A stretch of 63,214 bases of DNA, the filler included, from Lenisia limosa (taxonomy: Eukaryota > Protista > Breviatea), in assembly GCA_001655205.1 (NCBI GenBank). It is 14 parts of 14 records of this genome, joined end to end, with 100 filler letters (N's around TTAATTAATTAA, not from the genome) between each part and the next. Parts side by side here need not be neighbours in the genome. Positions count along the whole stretch, not along the records: positions 21,033 to 34,907 come from LPNZ01000035.1; positions 35,008 to 36,674 come from LPNZ01002009.1; positions 36,775 to 38,212 come from LPNZ01009872.1; positions 38,313 to 45,125 come from LPNZ01007163.1; 10 more parts are not named here. One strand, given 5' to 3'. Under the pieces are notes generated by a model. That model was given only the letters and a program-made list of their open reading frames with translations, made no database searches and had not been told where the DNA came from. Positions within the stretch are counted from its first letter, which is position 1, and each line of letters begins with the position of its first letter. Shown in pieces: positions 29,601-42,575 of this stretch. Both the position numbers and the translations under genes were made by a program.

Positions 29601-31010
29601 CATTGCGCTGTGCATGATCTGTACAATGCTCATCATATGCGGGAACGTAGGCGCAGACATGTCTAACCACCCTAGACTGTAGTGTGCGACTGGAGAAGAG
29701 TCAAAGGCCCAAAGATATATGGATTTGACCACAAATGAACAACTAATAAGAAAACAATAAAGCAATAATAACATATAATCTAAAAGAAGTCACACTCGCA
29801 ATATCTAGACAACACGGCATAAGTACCACAGGTCCCATTCCCACTGCCATGAACAAAGAGGTCTTCAGGTTCGTATGAGAAGCATCCTCGAGGGTCCAGA
29901 CCATCACCACAAAGCTATAGCATAAAGTGAATATAAGACGCTTTTGGAACAGCAAAATGCGGTTGAGCAAATGAATGTTCAAGATTGATTATTCTTTCCA
30001 CATGTTGAAAATACCAAGTTAAGCATTCATACCCTGTGTTCGAAAGGTTGCTGCAGGTTGAAGATCGACATTACGTTGAGTCTGGAACATTAGTACTGTG
30101 AATGGCTCGTGCCATTTCATGTTGGTGCATTTTAATAGCAAATAACCTCATGGAATGAAGTATGTAGTTTTAATTTTTACCTTACACCTTAGATTCTAAC
30201 AAGTCAAAACAGCCAGACATTTTCTGTCACCCCCCCCTCCCACTTGAGCATCTGTTCAATGACGCCGAACTCTCGGATTTTCTTTGTTGAAGGACGGGCC
30301 ATGGCAATAATGCTGTCTCCCACCCAGTTACTGGGAACTCCTGAGTGATGAGTAACGAGGGCATTGGTGAACGAGTACAGTTTTGAAAATGAGAGAACAT
30401 AATCCAAAAACAAACCTCGAAATATTTGGGGTGGGGGGGATATAAGTAGTAAGATACCAATATGGTAGAGTTTAGAAAAAAAACAAAAAAAAAAAACAAG
30501 AAAAAACCAAGATAACCGATNNNNNNNNNNNNNNNNNNNNNNNNNNNNNNNNNNNNNNNNNTGTATATATTCCAGACATTACAGAAGGTCAGACTTTTGG
30601 GACTAACAAGGTGCTACTTATTGAAAGGGGAAACATATATTAAAAACGAATTTATCCTCAAAGGTTTAATGGAAACACATATGTCAAGAATGGCAAGAGG
30701 GGACCCAATGACTGATCATTGTTTCTCTGGAAATATAATGACTGCCAATCATATGTCGAGAAACAACAAGAAATCCCGCTATATAATTATTTAATAATAC
30801 CCCAAATGAATCAAACGACAGAAAACACCATAAATACCTTCAAGAGCACTGTGCTGGTTTGGTTGATCCCGCCATCTCTCCCAACTCTCCCATTTGCACC
30901 TTTTACCACGACAAAACTTGCATATGAAGTCAGACATGCAGCTAGGAAGAGCGGGAAGCTCTTCAGTCAGAAGCAAGTGGAATGTTCTCTGGATGCAGGG
31001 TTCCAACTGT
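23630..31010 (-). CDS. PTPDC1: PTPDC1-like protein tyrosine/dual-specificity phosphatase with long Ser/Pro-rich C-terminus
   Basis: CKFCRGKRCKWE...ALEG|VPSNWVGDSIIAMARPS; IFNLQQPFEH; CGDGLD..FSYEPE; GWLDMSAP; IAVHCHAGIGRTGLAIAC (HCX5R at 29359-29385); AIAHVRLHR. Exons below ~28900 are assigned to this gene by strand continuity only. Confidence 0.85.
24980..25070. mobile_element. hAT-type MITE, family 1 variant
   Basis: GGACTTCCCTACGGTCC...GGACCGAAGGGAAGCC; TSD CTCATATC/CCCATAAC (6 of 8); another copy at 37373-37458. Confidence 0.75.
27617..27699. mobile_element. hAT-type MITE, family 1
   Basis: TAGGGCTTC...GAAGCCCTA; TSD GAAAGGCG/GTAAGCCG (6 of 8). Confidence 0.8.
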
Positions 31011-31789
31011 GTTATTTAGTTCATATTACTCTTAACTATACGTATACGAGCATTGTCAGAATATAGGAAGTCTGGATTTCGGAATTTCGGAAAAGAATCT
31101 TGTTAGGTTACGCTCGGCGCAATATTTGGCGCATTGGTTAGTTTTGGACTTCTTTCTTTCTCTTTCAGCCCTTCCTAGCGTGTACGATTTGCACATTAAC
31201 TATATTTATATTATTCCTGCAATTCAACAAAAACAAGCACAAGTTATCTGACTCTTTCCTCCCTCCACTTGCGTTGAGTGAAGGTCTGGGTTCGCCTTAA
31301 TTTTGGATCAAAGAGGCGTTATTGAAGCAGTTTTACAAAGATCTCACAAAGGGTTACCTCGTAAAGGTGAGATGGTGCGATAGAATCTGTTCGTGTTCGT
31401 TGTTTATGGAAGCCACTGTTTCTTCATTGTATAGTTTCCATAATATTTCTATGTTTGAAGATAAGTGGAGAGAAAGTACCACAGTTTGGATATTTCAATG
31501 TGGCTGTTGGTTCAGCCTGGATGAATCTAATCATTTTGTATGCTTTGGTAGACGCAGAAAGCCGCACAGAGTTGCAAATGATTAGGTGAACTATCGTATC
31601 CAATCCGTATAAGTGATGGTGTGACCATCTTTGGTCAGATAGTGCTATGTTATGTTTCGCATTTCGACAAACGATGGATTATACTTGATTAAGCGTTGGC
31701 AAAACACTTAGCTTCGCTTCTCTGATTAACGTTATATTGGGCGGTCCATTTGGTCTCTTTCAACCCCCAGTACCATTGTGATTCCTTAG

Positions 31790-33140
31790 GTGTGGCGCGT
31801 GATGGCGCAACGCCTTGTCTTGGAGGATGATGGGCTGGAGGATTGGCTCGGCCTAAATCCGGAGACTAAAGGTTGGTTCAGGTGTAAAATATCCGTTTAT
31901 GGCAGCCGATTGCACATTTTGTGATTCTAAGACGCTCACTAATGTTTATTTTCTCTCTCTGTGTGGGCTTTACTACATAAGTGATAGTTTTAGAAGATGT
32001 CATAGAGGTTGAGGAAGGACATGAACATCACATTGTTGAAAGTGTGGAAGTATCCTTTGAGCCCCAGCCCTTACTTTGGACCCAAATGGAGTCCATCATC
32101 CCACCTGTTGAAGTTCAGCCTGTTCGAAGCATTCTTGGCGAGCGTTTACTCAATAAAAACGAAGAGGTAAGTGTAAGCCCAACATTTACCCTCTTTTCTT
32201 CACATTTACTACATTTCAACATGTTTTTTTTGGGAAGGTATCTAATTCTATTAAGTTACATGCTGAAGTGCTGGTCTTACATGAAGTCTGGTCTGAACTT
32301 TTTGCCTCCATAGATGGCGACACTAAAGAAAGAAGTGGAAGGTTGGTTGAGGGGATATTCTCCAACTTTCACATAACGTTTATTATATCATATAGCTTAT
32401 AGATATCATATTACATCGAAGTTTTGAATATCATAAGATATTTCATCAAAAGTAAATAAAATTTCTAATTGTACCAATACATTGCAAGGAGCTGTGTGTA
32501 TATTCTTATCCCCAGCGGTTCCAAATACGCCCAGCTTCGTGGACTACCAGTGCGGACGACACAGGCGCGGATGGCAGATGTGGAGTCACGGGTGCGGCAG
32601 ATGGTGTCCCACCTCAGCATACAGGTGGTGGGTGTTTGCTGTTCTCTTACGTTGAACAGAGTTTCTCGATAAATTAACAGAATTGTTCAATATTAGCTAG
32701 TTTTGTAACATTTAACAGTCCCCCCACCCTCACCCACATGATATTATTGTTGATTCTTCAGGGTCGAATGGCACTCATCAATTTGTCTTCAACTAATCGT
32801 AAGGGGCAATATTACCCTTTCACATTCAGTACGGGCTGCCATCCCTTGGCCTTCTACATATTTATTATATCTTCTCTGACATAGGGCTATCAAATCTAAA
32901 CCCAGATCAGCGAAATACAAATATTGAACTGAAACTTGGCAAGGCCTATAAGTTATCATCAGTTATGTTGAAGTTTTGACATATAATATATCGTAAAATC
33001 TTTTGAGTAATCTGTGTGACCACCCTCTATAGGGAGTTTTGTTGAAGGTACGGACTGCCAGAGGCCTACGACAGCGCGAACATCATCGGGTGGTGAGGGT
33101 CCTGTGCTGTCTGTCAGGAAGACCCAGGATCTCTCATCGT
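31790..33140 (+). CDS. Multi-exon gene divergent from PTPDC1, unknown product
   Basis: Exons VWRVMAQRLVLEDDGLEDWLGLNP; VLEDVIEVEEGHEHHIVESVEVSFEPQPLLW; YAQLRGLPVRTTQARMADVESRVRQMVSHLSIQ. Confidence 0.5.
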
Positions 33141-34249
33141 AGGTTAAAGTTGATTAAGATGTGGCTGCATTCTTTGATATTTTTTATTCTTCTGTTTCAT
33201 TTCGGCAAATTATGAAATCAAATCATCTATTTCTTGGAGCTTTATTAACAACGGGGTAATCTTTTTAGACTACCTGAGTCAATGGCCGAAGCCCTTTCGG
33301 TTATTGACAGTTTGAGGCAATCGGTGGGGGGAGGGGTATTTCGTACCCTTGGAGCCTTATTGTTATTTGGCTTTTTTTTTGATATTTCTTCATAATGCAG
33401 CCATTTTTTTTATATAAGGCGACCTATAGGAGTGTGAATCCCAATATGAGTGTGAATTCCAATATGAGTGTGAATCCTGACTTGCTATTTCTTGAAAAAT
33501 ATAATGTCACAGCCTGTAAGTTATCTCAATTTTGACTGTTTTGACTCAAATAAACATATAATNNNNNNNNNNCAAGAGTTTACAAAGGTCTCCGCTGACA
33601 GAGTGGGCTATTGTATCGTTATTCTTAATCAAGGGGGTTCGATTCCAAGCGATCTCGTTTTTTGTGACGTAATGGTAATTGGTGTTCATCTTTAATTGTT
33701 GTCTGTAGGTTCAGTTAGACATTGATCAATTACCTGAANNNNNNNNNNAAAGAGTTTACAAAGGTCTCCGCTGACAGAGTGGGAAATTGTATCGACTGTT
33801 TTTGTTAATCAAGGGGGTTCGATTCCAGGCGATCTCGTTTTTTGTGACGTAATGGTAAGCTTGGTGTTCATCTTTAATTGTTGTCTGTAGGTTCAGTTAG
33901 ACATTGATCAATTACCTGAATGGGCTACACATATTGATTTTCAATCACTTTCCTTTAATACTGCAGTGGAGATATTATATTTTAATCAATTTGATGCCAC
34001 ACTCTCTGTGAAAATTGTTTTAAAAAAAGACAAACAATGAAAAGTCAGTTACCCAGCCTTTAACCCCACCATGCAGAAAATCTCTCGAATCTATTGAATT
34101 GACAAGTCCTAATACACTCAAATTCCTTGAAAAGTCAAAACACGGAGATCTTGATGATATCAAAACTGTTGCTNNNNNNNNNNTTTTAATACTGCAGTGG
34201 AGATATTATATTTTATTCAATTTGATGCCACACTCTCTGTGAATGATTC

Positions 34250-34790
34250 GAAATGCATTTTCCATGAAAATACGAAGTATCAAATTATTAATGCTATCTC
34301 CTTAAATGTTTTGAACCATCTGCCAAATTGGGCCCGACGTGCTTCAAGGAAAATTGAAAAGGATATTTTTGATCAGTTGATTTTTACTGATAAGGTTTGA
34401 ATAGTTGTTTGTAATATAGATCAAAGAAATTAGTCAGCTCAGAGGTCTTGAAGGGGAAAAATTTTACCAAAAGGATCTTTCAAGGCTTTTTGGAATATCT
34501 GTCGGAGCTGTTAATAAATATTTGAAGTTGGAATGGGGCGTTTCCCCAAAAAAGAGTGGTGGTCAGCTCTACCTTTACAAAGTCCGATTTAATTTCCAAA
34601 GTTTGTTTGCCTTTTACTTTTTTTTTTTTACATATTTTTTAGGGGGAAGCTTTGTTTAAAGAACTTCATCCTGGTGTAGTGTGTCCAAATTTCACTGATC
34701 AATGGGTATTAAGCTTCAGAAAAAGACATACTTCTTGGCATCAATCCGAAAATTGTTTAAAAAAAGACAAACAATGAAAAGTCAGTTACC
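34250..34790 (+). mobile_element. pogo/CENP-B-like helix-turn-helix fragment with introns
   Basis: YQKDLSRLFGISVGAVNKYLK (HTH) and, after an intron, GEALFKELHPG..FTDQWVLSFRKRH (CENP-B-type motif); no DDE domain seen. Confidence 0.5.
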
Positions 34791-35056
34791 CAGCCTTTAA
34801 CCCCACCACGCAGAAAATCTCTCGAATCTATTGAATTGACAAGTCCTAAGACACTCAAATTCCTTGAAAAGTCAAAACACGGAGATCTTGATGATATCAA
34901 AACTGTTNNNNNNNNNNNNNNNNNNNNNNNNNNNNNNNNNNNNNNNNNNNNTTAATTAATTAANNNNNNNNNNNNNNNNNNNNNNNNNNNNNNNNNNNNN
35001 NNNNNNNCCCCCCCCCCCCTCCCAAATAATGCTGTTCCTGAATCCTGCGCTTACCT

Positions 35057-36674
35057 TACGCAAAGTGGCGTAACCGGGCTTGGTACCAGGTTTTGGCAGG
35101 AGACCAGATCGCTCCAACTTCTGGAGAGTTCTCAGGTGCTCGTGACCAAAGTTCTAAGCCGTCAAATCTGTGAACAAGTCCATAATACATGTTGATGATA
35201 GTAACAAAAAGGCATTATTCATGTAAGCCGTAGAAAGAGGGGTAGAGTACTAACAATTTACAATTCCAAGCACACATCCACAATTTCCTTCCTCCACGAA
35301 TCAACATATTTCTTCGGGAGCCCGTTATTGGCAAGACTTGTGAGACAGAGCAGCTGTATCGACTGCAAGATGAGACCATGCAAAATGACAAAAATAATTG
35401 TTTCTGATGGAAGCCACATTGTCTCATTGATAATATGATAACAGAGATGAGAAATCAAGTACCTGGCTGAAGCCGTCCACCCCTTCACACTAATAAAATA
35501 TTAATTCGCCCAATCTTTCGCCTTACAACTCTGTGTCTACAGCTTTTTGAGTGCCTTTAAAAGTTGGAAATGTAAGTCATGCCCTGTTTTAGGGAAAGAG
35601 ACCACTATACGGCCTACTATTGCCAAAATTAAACAGTAAGCCTACTCTTTCCAAGTCCTCAGCCTCATAGAGCACATCCTCAATGTCGTCAAAGTTGGAT
35701 TCACCAAACAAAACAGCTGGAAAAGTCAAAATAGTTGAACTAAATTAATACTGCTTGTGCCAAATCTATTAAGCTCCAGCTCCCATGCTTTCTGCTACAT
35801 ATCAAAAACATTAACTTCCTAATAAAACCATCTTCTTCATACCTTGTTGGGTATAAAGCTCCTGGTGGAAGTTGGAACTGTCAAGGTGGTCTTTGAGGCG
35901 CTGGGCGAGATAGAGATCTACACGTCTTGGATTAGCTTTCAACAATCATCAACAGATCCACATTTTACGTTGTTCAGGTTGTGATTAGAGCTTCATTGAT
36001 GAAATTTGCTTCATTGTATACCCACAAACGAATGGAAAGTGCCAGTTTGTGTTCATTAATCGAAGAAAGGGTCTTGACAAAGGCCCGNNNNNNNNNNNNN
36101 NNNNNNNNNNNNNNNNNNNNNNNNNNNNNNNNNNNNNNNNNNNNNNNNNNNNNNNNNNNNNNNNNNNNNNNNNNNNNNNNNNNNNNNNNNNNNNNNNNNN
36201 NNNNNNNNNNNNNNNNNNNNNNNNNNNNNNNNNTAAGCAAGCCAATAGGATGGAAAGGATGAAATTACAAACCTGAAATGCTCTGCGCTTCATCCTTCTT
36301 TGCTATTGAGGTTTGGAGGGACTGGGACAGTCAAATATTGCACGCAATAGAATATTCATAAAAGGGTTGAAGCCGTTCAACACATTTCAAAGGAAGTAAG
36401 TATTCTTGTAACATTGCTTACAAGGGCTTTTTCTCTTAAAATTGGACCAACAGCAGTAAAGGACATTCCACGAATCTAGAGTATAAAGAACCCTATCAGG
36501 GAAGAAGGCCCTGAAACCACCCAGATGTTAATGAATAGAACAACAATCTTAAAAGAAGAATAAGTTCAAAAACAATCAAAGGAACCAGAAGAATACCTCT
36601 GCAAAGACACGATCTGCGGATGTCAAGGCTGCTGAAACATTCTTGTTGCCTTTCTGCCCTGTTAACTCAGCAGG
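35057..36674 (-). CDS. VPS33: Vps33 (Sec1/Munc18 family, HOPS/CORVET subunit), partial
   Basis: SADRVFAE|IRGMSFTAVGPILREKA; AFVKTLSSINEHKLALS; LAQRLKDHLDSSNF; LLCLTSLANNGLPKKYVDSWRKEI; FGHEHLRTLQKLERSGLL. Confidence 0.9.
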
Positions 36675-36774
36675 NNNNNNNNNNNNNNNNNNNNNNNNNN
36701 NNNNNNNNNNNNNNNNNNTTAATTAATTAANNNNNNNNNNNNNNNNNNNNNNNNNNNNNNNNNNNNNNNNNNNN

Positions 36775-38212
36775 GTACCGGTTGCCCCTTCCGGCAGCGC
36801 CACTTGCTCCTGGGCAATGTCACGGTGTGTGGCGATGTTGACTCTGTACCCGGCCTGGGCGTCCTTAACGGCCACGACGGCGTGCTCGCGGGCCTGGGGG
36901 GGGGGGGTAAAATTGAAAAATTCATGAAACAAAAAAAAAGCCCGAAAAAACATTATGGCAATTATCTTGACCAGACATCAGCATTTCTACAAATTTTACA
37001 CAAGATGACTTTCGTCCACTGTATACTAATCCACTAATCCCTCAGATATGACAGATGCATGGTATTTAATTGATACTCTTCTTGAACCCCTAGGTTTAAT
37101 TAAATAGTTTTCTTAATCCTAAACAAGGCAGACCTTCAGGGGGGGCAGGAGGACCGAGGGAACAAGCTCGTGGAGATCGTCGACAATTGACTGGATTCGT
37201 AAAATTGGAAATAAAAAAAGCCCAAATCAACTATGTTGGCTGACAACACACGAAGGTTGACAACAAAAAAAAAGGGGGGGGGGGGGGGNNNNNNNNNNNN
37301 NNNNNNNNNNNNNNNNNNNNNNNNNNNNNNNNNNNNNNNNNNNNNNNNNNNNNNNNNNNNNNNNNNNNNNNNTACGGTCCCAAAAAAGGTCGAATTTCTC
37401 AATAAATCCTCGATAAATATCGGTATTTGAACGGTCTTTTTCGGACCGTAGGGAAGCTCAATTTATAAGAAACAAAAAACAAGATGTTAAAATGAGATTC
37501 CAAGCACAATAGTATCATGGCATCATTTGGCTTTGAGTATCTGGCTGAAGCCTTCCACATCACCAGAGATTTTGGATTATAGTAAAAATAAGGGAAAACA
37601 GTGTTCGCGATAAGACGTGACAAGATTGATTAACGACAAAATCGCCGCCCTGACCTACATATGAAATAGATACTGGGGCAACAGTACGGCCGCGGGAAAC
37701 GAAAATTTCGTCTTCTGATTCCGTTGAAATGGCAACATGGTAGATATTGTCATCTTTCTGGGGGGGGGGGGGGGGNNNNNNNNNNNNNNNNNNNNNNNNN
37801 NNNNNNNNNNNNNNNNNNNNNNNNNNNNNNNNNNNNNNNNNNNNNNNNNNNNNNNNNNNNNNNNNNNNNNNNNNNNNNNNNNNNNNNNNNNNNNNNNGTG
37901 GGGAGGTTGAATAAGCTACCAAATAGAATCCAATTTCAATCATTGTTAGCCCATACTCCCCTCAAACCACGTCAGGACCAAGGGCAACGGTGCAGCTAGG
38001 GGGGCGGACCTTTTTGGAGGCAGGAGCAGTGGCTGCACAATCAGTTCAGTTCAGTTCATTTAAAGTTTAGTTCAATTCATTTACAGTTGAGTTCATTTAA
38101 GCTGCTATTATGTTGCCCCAAAAGCCTACGGTCAGTGGCGTGGAAGATGCCAGCCTTGCCGGAGTTTGAGAGTGCGTAGAAGTACTTTGAAGTGGCCGCG
38201 ATGGTGCGAGGA
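36775..38212 (-). CDS. Multi-exon gene fragment, unknown product
   Basis: Exons PRTIAATSKYFYALSNSGKAGIFHATD; KDDNIYHVAISTESEDEIFVSRG; SIVDDLHELVPSVLLPPE; AREHAVVAVKDAQAGYRVNIATH. Confidence 0.6.
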
Positions 38213-38312
38213 NNNNNNNNNNNNNNNNNNNNNNNNNNNNNNNNNNNNNNNNNNNNTTAATTAATTAANNNNNNNNNNNNNNNNNNNNNNNNNNNNNNNN
38301 NNNNNNNNNNNN

Positions 38313-39970
38313 TGGTTTGAAGATCCACTTATGTCTATTATGGTGGATGATTGTCTGGTAATGGTGCCACTTGGTTCTTTGGTTTCTTGAGTAGTCGGTT
38401 GTTCAACTGTAGCTTTTTGACTGTCATTGCCGTTAAGTTTGTAACGAGATGTCAACTTTTCCTTAGGAGGTGTTCCGAAAAGTTGCTTGCCGCCACTCTG
38501 AAGGTTTTACATAGCAGTAACGGATAACAAATGTCATTGCAACATATTGTCGTTGAGTTATAAATGACAAGGCAAATAGAATCAAATTAATACAATACAA
38601 TAGTAGTTATCCTTACCATTGGAACATGTCTTTGGTGAGTATGCACGGTTTGAACAGATTCGCAATTAGGTTCACATTTGTGGGGAGGTGTGTCATTCAC
38701 TAGATGTTTAAATAATTGTGATATTTCCTGACAAATTGATACTGGGAAAACAAATATGACATCATTTACAAATGAAATCGTATATTGAAATGTTGGAATA
38801 AAATCTTATGAGGAAATATTGATGTTGTATTTTTCAAAAAGTCTACACTATAACTATATAATATGATATAATATAGTATGTAAATATGCTATATTATGTA
38901 TATAGTTATATAGTTATAGGGGATCGGCTTAGATTCTAAATATACAATTGGCACACATATGGGTTGTATGGGTTCAGGCCGACAATTAAGTATATTCTAT
39001 ATACTATATCATATATATATACATGTAGCAATGAGAAATAAATAAAAATATGGATGTATGTGGCCGAAGCCGTCCACACACCATCATGCTTCTTAGAGAT
39101 ATTGGATTATAGTATAATAATAATTCACCCAATCATTTGCCTTACAACTATTTGCACACAGCCTTCTGCGAATATATATAAGTATATTATATCAAAGAAG
39201 ACCACCCTAATTAAAATAACGATTTCCACTTACCATTGTGGGTGTTTTCCATTGGTGCTGCTCGGGAAAGTGGAAGCCATGATGTTGATGAGGAGGCTAC
39301 CTTATGTGCCATCTAAAAATGAGACCACCCAAATGATAGGTTTTAAACAAAATATTTTTTCTGTATCATTGCTTACGAAAGAAACCTACAAGGGCTTGAC
39401 CCTATTCTCTGAAATTAAAAACTTTGAATGGTACATGACACAGTAACAAAATTGTGGTGAACATTTAATTTTATAAATCAGTTTAGAGCTTTTTACAAAC
39501 CATATGGCTAAGATTTGTCATAACACTCGGAACTTGAGAGAGAGGTGTTTGAACTGCTTTTGCCACTTGTGTACACGGAGTATTAGCTTCATCCATCTGA
39601 AAAGGTAGTTTCTCTAAATATACTGTTGCTTACCCTTATTATAATGAATTGTTTTAAAAGAGAAACAACTTGCTTACACAATAAGTACGTGGTACTCAAA
39701 ATGAAACATCTATTCTTGATATATTAATAGTATTTGAATATTTGGACAACTAACGACTGCAATTGTGGACTGATTAATATGCAACACATAATACAGGAAA
39801 CCTACTGAGGGACCATTGGAATAGTGTATCTTGCATTTCTTTTCCGAATTGCTTTCTTTCAGAGCAGGTTTTATTGAGGTTGCTGATGTTTCGAATAGGT
39901 CCTGACTTAATTCCACCAGTGGCATCTTCTTGTCCTCCTGCTGCTGTAACAGCTTCTCCATTTTGCTGAC
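38313..39970 (-). CDS. Spliced low-complexity gene fragment
   Basis: Exon-like stretches (SQKATVEQPTTQETKEPSG; QDLFETSATSIKPALKES). Confidence 0.35.
39056..39170 (+). repeat. GTATCTGGCYGAAGCCGTCCAC dispersed repeat, possibly a non-autonomous Helitron
   Basis: Homologous copies at ~18430, 19543, 20682, 35459, 37537 and 57171 (+) and 57590-57707 (-). Confidence 0.8.
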
Positions 39971-41056
39971 AATCTGTATTATTAATCAATTTTCTTTGAT
40001 TACATTCAAACAGGTTAAAGGCAAAACTAAAGTCTTTTCAAATGTGTCATCGAAATAATATAGGATTATTTAATCAATTTAATGCAAGAGTGTTTATTCT
40101 ATAAAAAGATTTTCAAATACCAAAATGCCAAGAATAATCAAAAGAATCTAAAACCCTTTGATTGAAGATGAATAATACCAATCACTTTTGTTTTGTTTTG
40201 AAACCATTGTATTGATTCCAACTCATCCACTTCGTCTGCATTTTGTTCATATCGCATAACTATTTTGTAAGACAATAGAAAATATAACTTGATATCATAA
40301 TAGAGATAAAGAGGATGATTTCACATATTTCAGAACTGATTAATGTTTATCATTGTTTCCAAATGTCCAAAACTATCAACTCTTGTTAGCCGTACTAACC
40401 TTTTTTTTGTGTTTGCTTTATATTTTCAACTGTGTTATGTGTTTTCCTTTGTCGAAGCATGTTGGGAGTAATAACTTGAAATACCTTTGGATCTATAACA
40501 ATGAAAACAATTGGGAAGTATTGTTAGTAGAAATCAAAGCGTTTTGTTATTTTCAATTACGATTCACATATTTTAAAAATCGGTTCTTACCACATGTAGA
40601 AGGTTCATTATCTTGTGGAGTTTCCGGAAACATTTTTTGAGAGAATGCTAAATATACCGTTAACCATCAACAAAATTGTGTGTTCTATTTACCCTAAGCG
40701 TACCATCTTTAGAAGTGCAAAATATTTCATCCTCCTCGTTTTTATTAATACTCTTAGGAGAAATTCCAAATTCGTTTTCGCCAATCAACATTTGAGGAGT
40801 CTTGAAGATCTTAATATATTTGTTGATTTGAGGAGTACTGAACTGCTGTGTCTGGGGGGTTTGTTTCCTAAAAGTTGACAATTATAAATTTGACATAATA
40901 TCAACAAGAAGTGTCTATTATAGATAATATCTATAAATATCTTACTTTGCCTTTTTGATTGACCTGAAAGGAGTCCAATTATCGAGTTTCGATAGTTCTG
41001 TGTTGGTAGATGGAGTATGCAGGTGGATTGGAGAACCCTAAAAAGTTATATTATAG

Positions 41057-41798
41057 CACTAAACCCGATTTTACCCGATTATTTATAAACTTTTTGAACA
41101 GTTGTCCTCTTACAACGTGAACATCATTGAAAACCATTGGAAATATGAAATCAGAACCAAATGTAAAATTTCACACAATTTCCAGGAAATTTGGCACTCC
41201 GGGCCGGGCGCCCGAGCAAATTTACTTCAAAAATCAGGACTAAATCTTGTTTTTTAGATTTGGAAATAAGTTTGCGGAAGTCTCATAACTTTTGCGATAT
41301 ATTTTTTTATTTGGGATCTAAATGTTCCAGAAAGTTCGATACTTGCCTAATTGGGAAAACAGGGTTGAAAAAGTCGAAAAAACGGTTGTTTCTCGGCCCT
41401 TTAAAACTTCGAATGACTGCAAAAACAGAAAGCCAGACCCCTAAAAAACCTCAAAAATGGTCGAATCGGATTTTGACCGATATTTCGACTTGTTCAACTC
41501 TGTTTTCCCAATTAGGCAAGTGTCGAACTTTCTGGAACATTTAGGTCACAAATAAAAAAATATATCGCAAAAGTCATGAGACTTCCGCAAACTTATTTCC
41601 AAATCTAAGAACATCGCAAAATCACAGTAGCAAGATGTAGTCCTGATTTTTGAAGAAAGTGCCAAATTTCCTGGAATTTGTGTGAAATTTTACATTTGGT
41701 TCTTATTTCATATTTCCAATGGTTTTTAATGATGTTCACGTTGTAAGAGGGAAACTGTTCAAAGAGTTTATAAAAATTGGGTAAAATCGGGTTTACTG
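41057..41798. mobile_element. Foldback element, ~330-bp inverted arms around a ~85-bp spacer
   Basis: 41057-41385 is the reverse complement of 41470-41798 with small indels; no clear TSD. Confidence 0.85.
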
Positions 41799-42479
41799 TC
41801 GGAAGCATACATGTGTATCAATATCACATACTCCTAATAGACAACTAAAGACGAATTCGATTTCCAAATTAGACGAAAATTTAAACCGTTAAGTAGTATT
41901 TGAATGAAACTAATTTCATTTTCCTCAGAATAATTTATAAATACACCTTAATAAATGCGATGCAAAGGAACCTATTCCCTCAACCTCATTTTGAGACTTC
42001 TCTGTAATATTCTTTCCTAAAAAGGTCACTCTGTGAATATCATATCATACGTTTGCCATCATGGGATACAACCAATGGTGTCATGTAGCATGCTCGTGTC
42101 TTGTCGTCATCAGTGATGATTCTATCACCAGCGATATCTGCTGTATTCAATTTTGATGAGTCTGTTCAGTAAAAAATCCCGCCCCTTGTAAAAGTTGATA
42201 GTTACTACACAGTGAAGAATGTGTGAAAACACTACATATCACAGATACATACACTTATATCTTTTGGGCAGTTTCCCTTTTTTGTTTCTCATATCTATAC
42301 ATATAATATAGGGAAATACTCACCTCCTAAAGAACGTTTGGTTTGTTTTTGAATAAATGCTCCTAGAGCAGGATTTTGGACTCTTTTAGCAATAGTGGCA
42401 GGTGACATATTTTGATACATCTAAATTGGTGAATAATGCCAATTAGAGAATTCAGACTGAACATTTGAATACATTTTCC

Positions 42480-42575
42480 GGATTTCAAAATGGGTGGATC
42501 GATCAAACGGAGGATTTCAAAAAACGGAGGATCAATCAAACGAAGGATTTCAAAACAAACGGAGGATCGATGTTT
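42480..42575. repeat. Tandem repeat, ~3 units of ~29 nt
   Basis: GGATTTCAAAA..ACGGAGGATCRATCAAACG repeated. Confidence 0.75.

Noticed and set aside
33573-34906. Direct duplications (33573/33750, 33950/34185, 34015/34750)
   Set aside because: Near-identical copies separated by 10-N gaps are typical of unmerged overlapping contigs or haplotypes.
41191-41808. ORFs of 117 and 67 aa in the foldback
   Set aside because: They lie within inverted-repeat arms and show no protein-like features.
42105-42170. C/D-box snoRNA (GTGATGA)
   Set aside because: No downstream CTGA box D or terminal stem; the minus strand may be coding.
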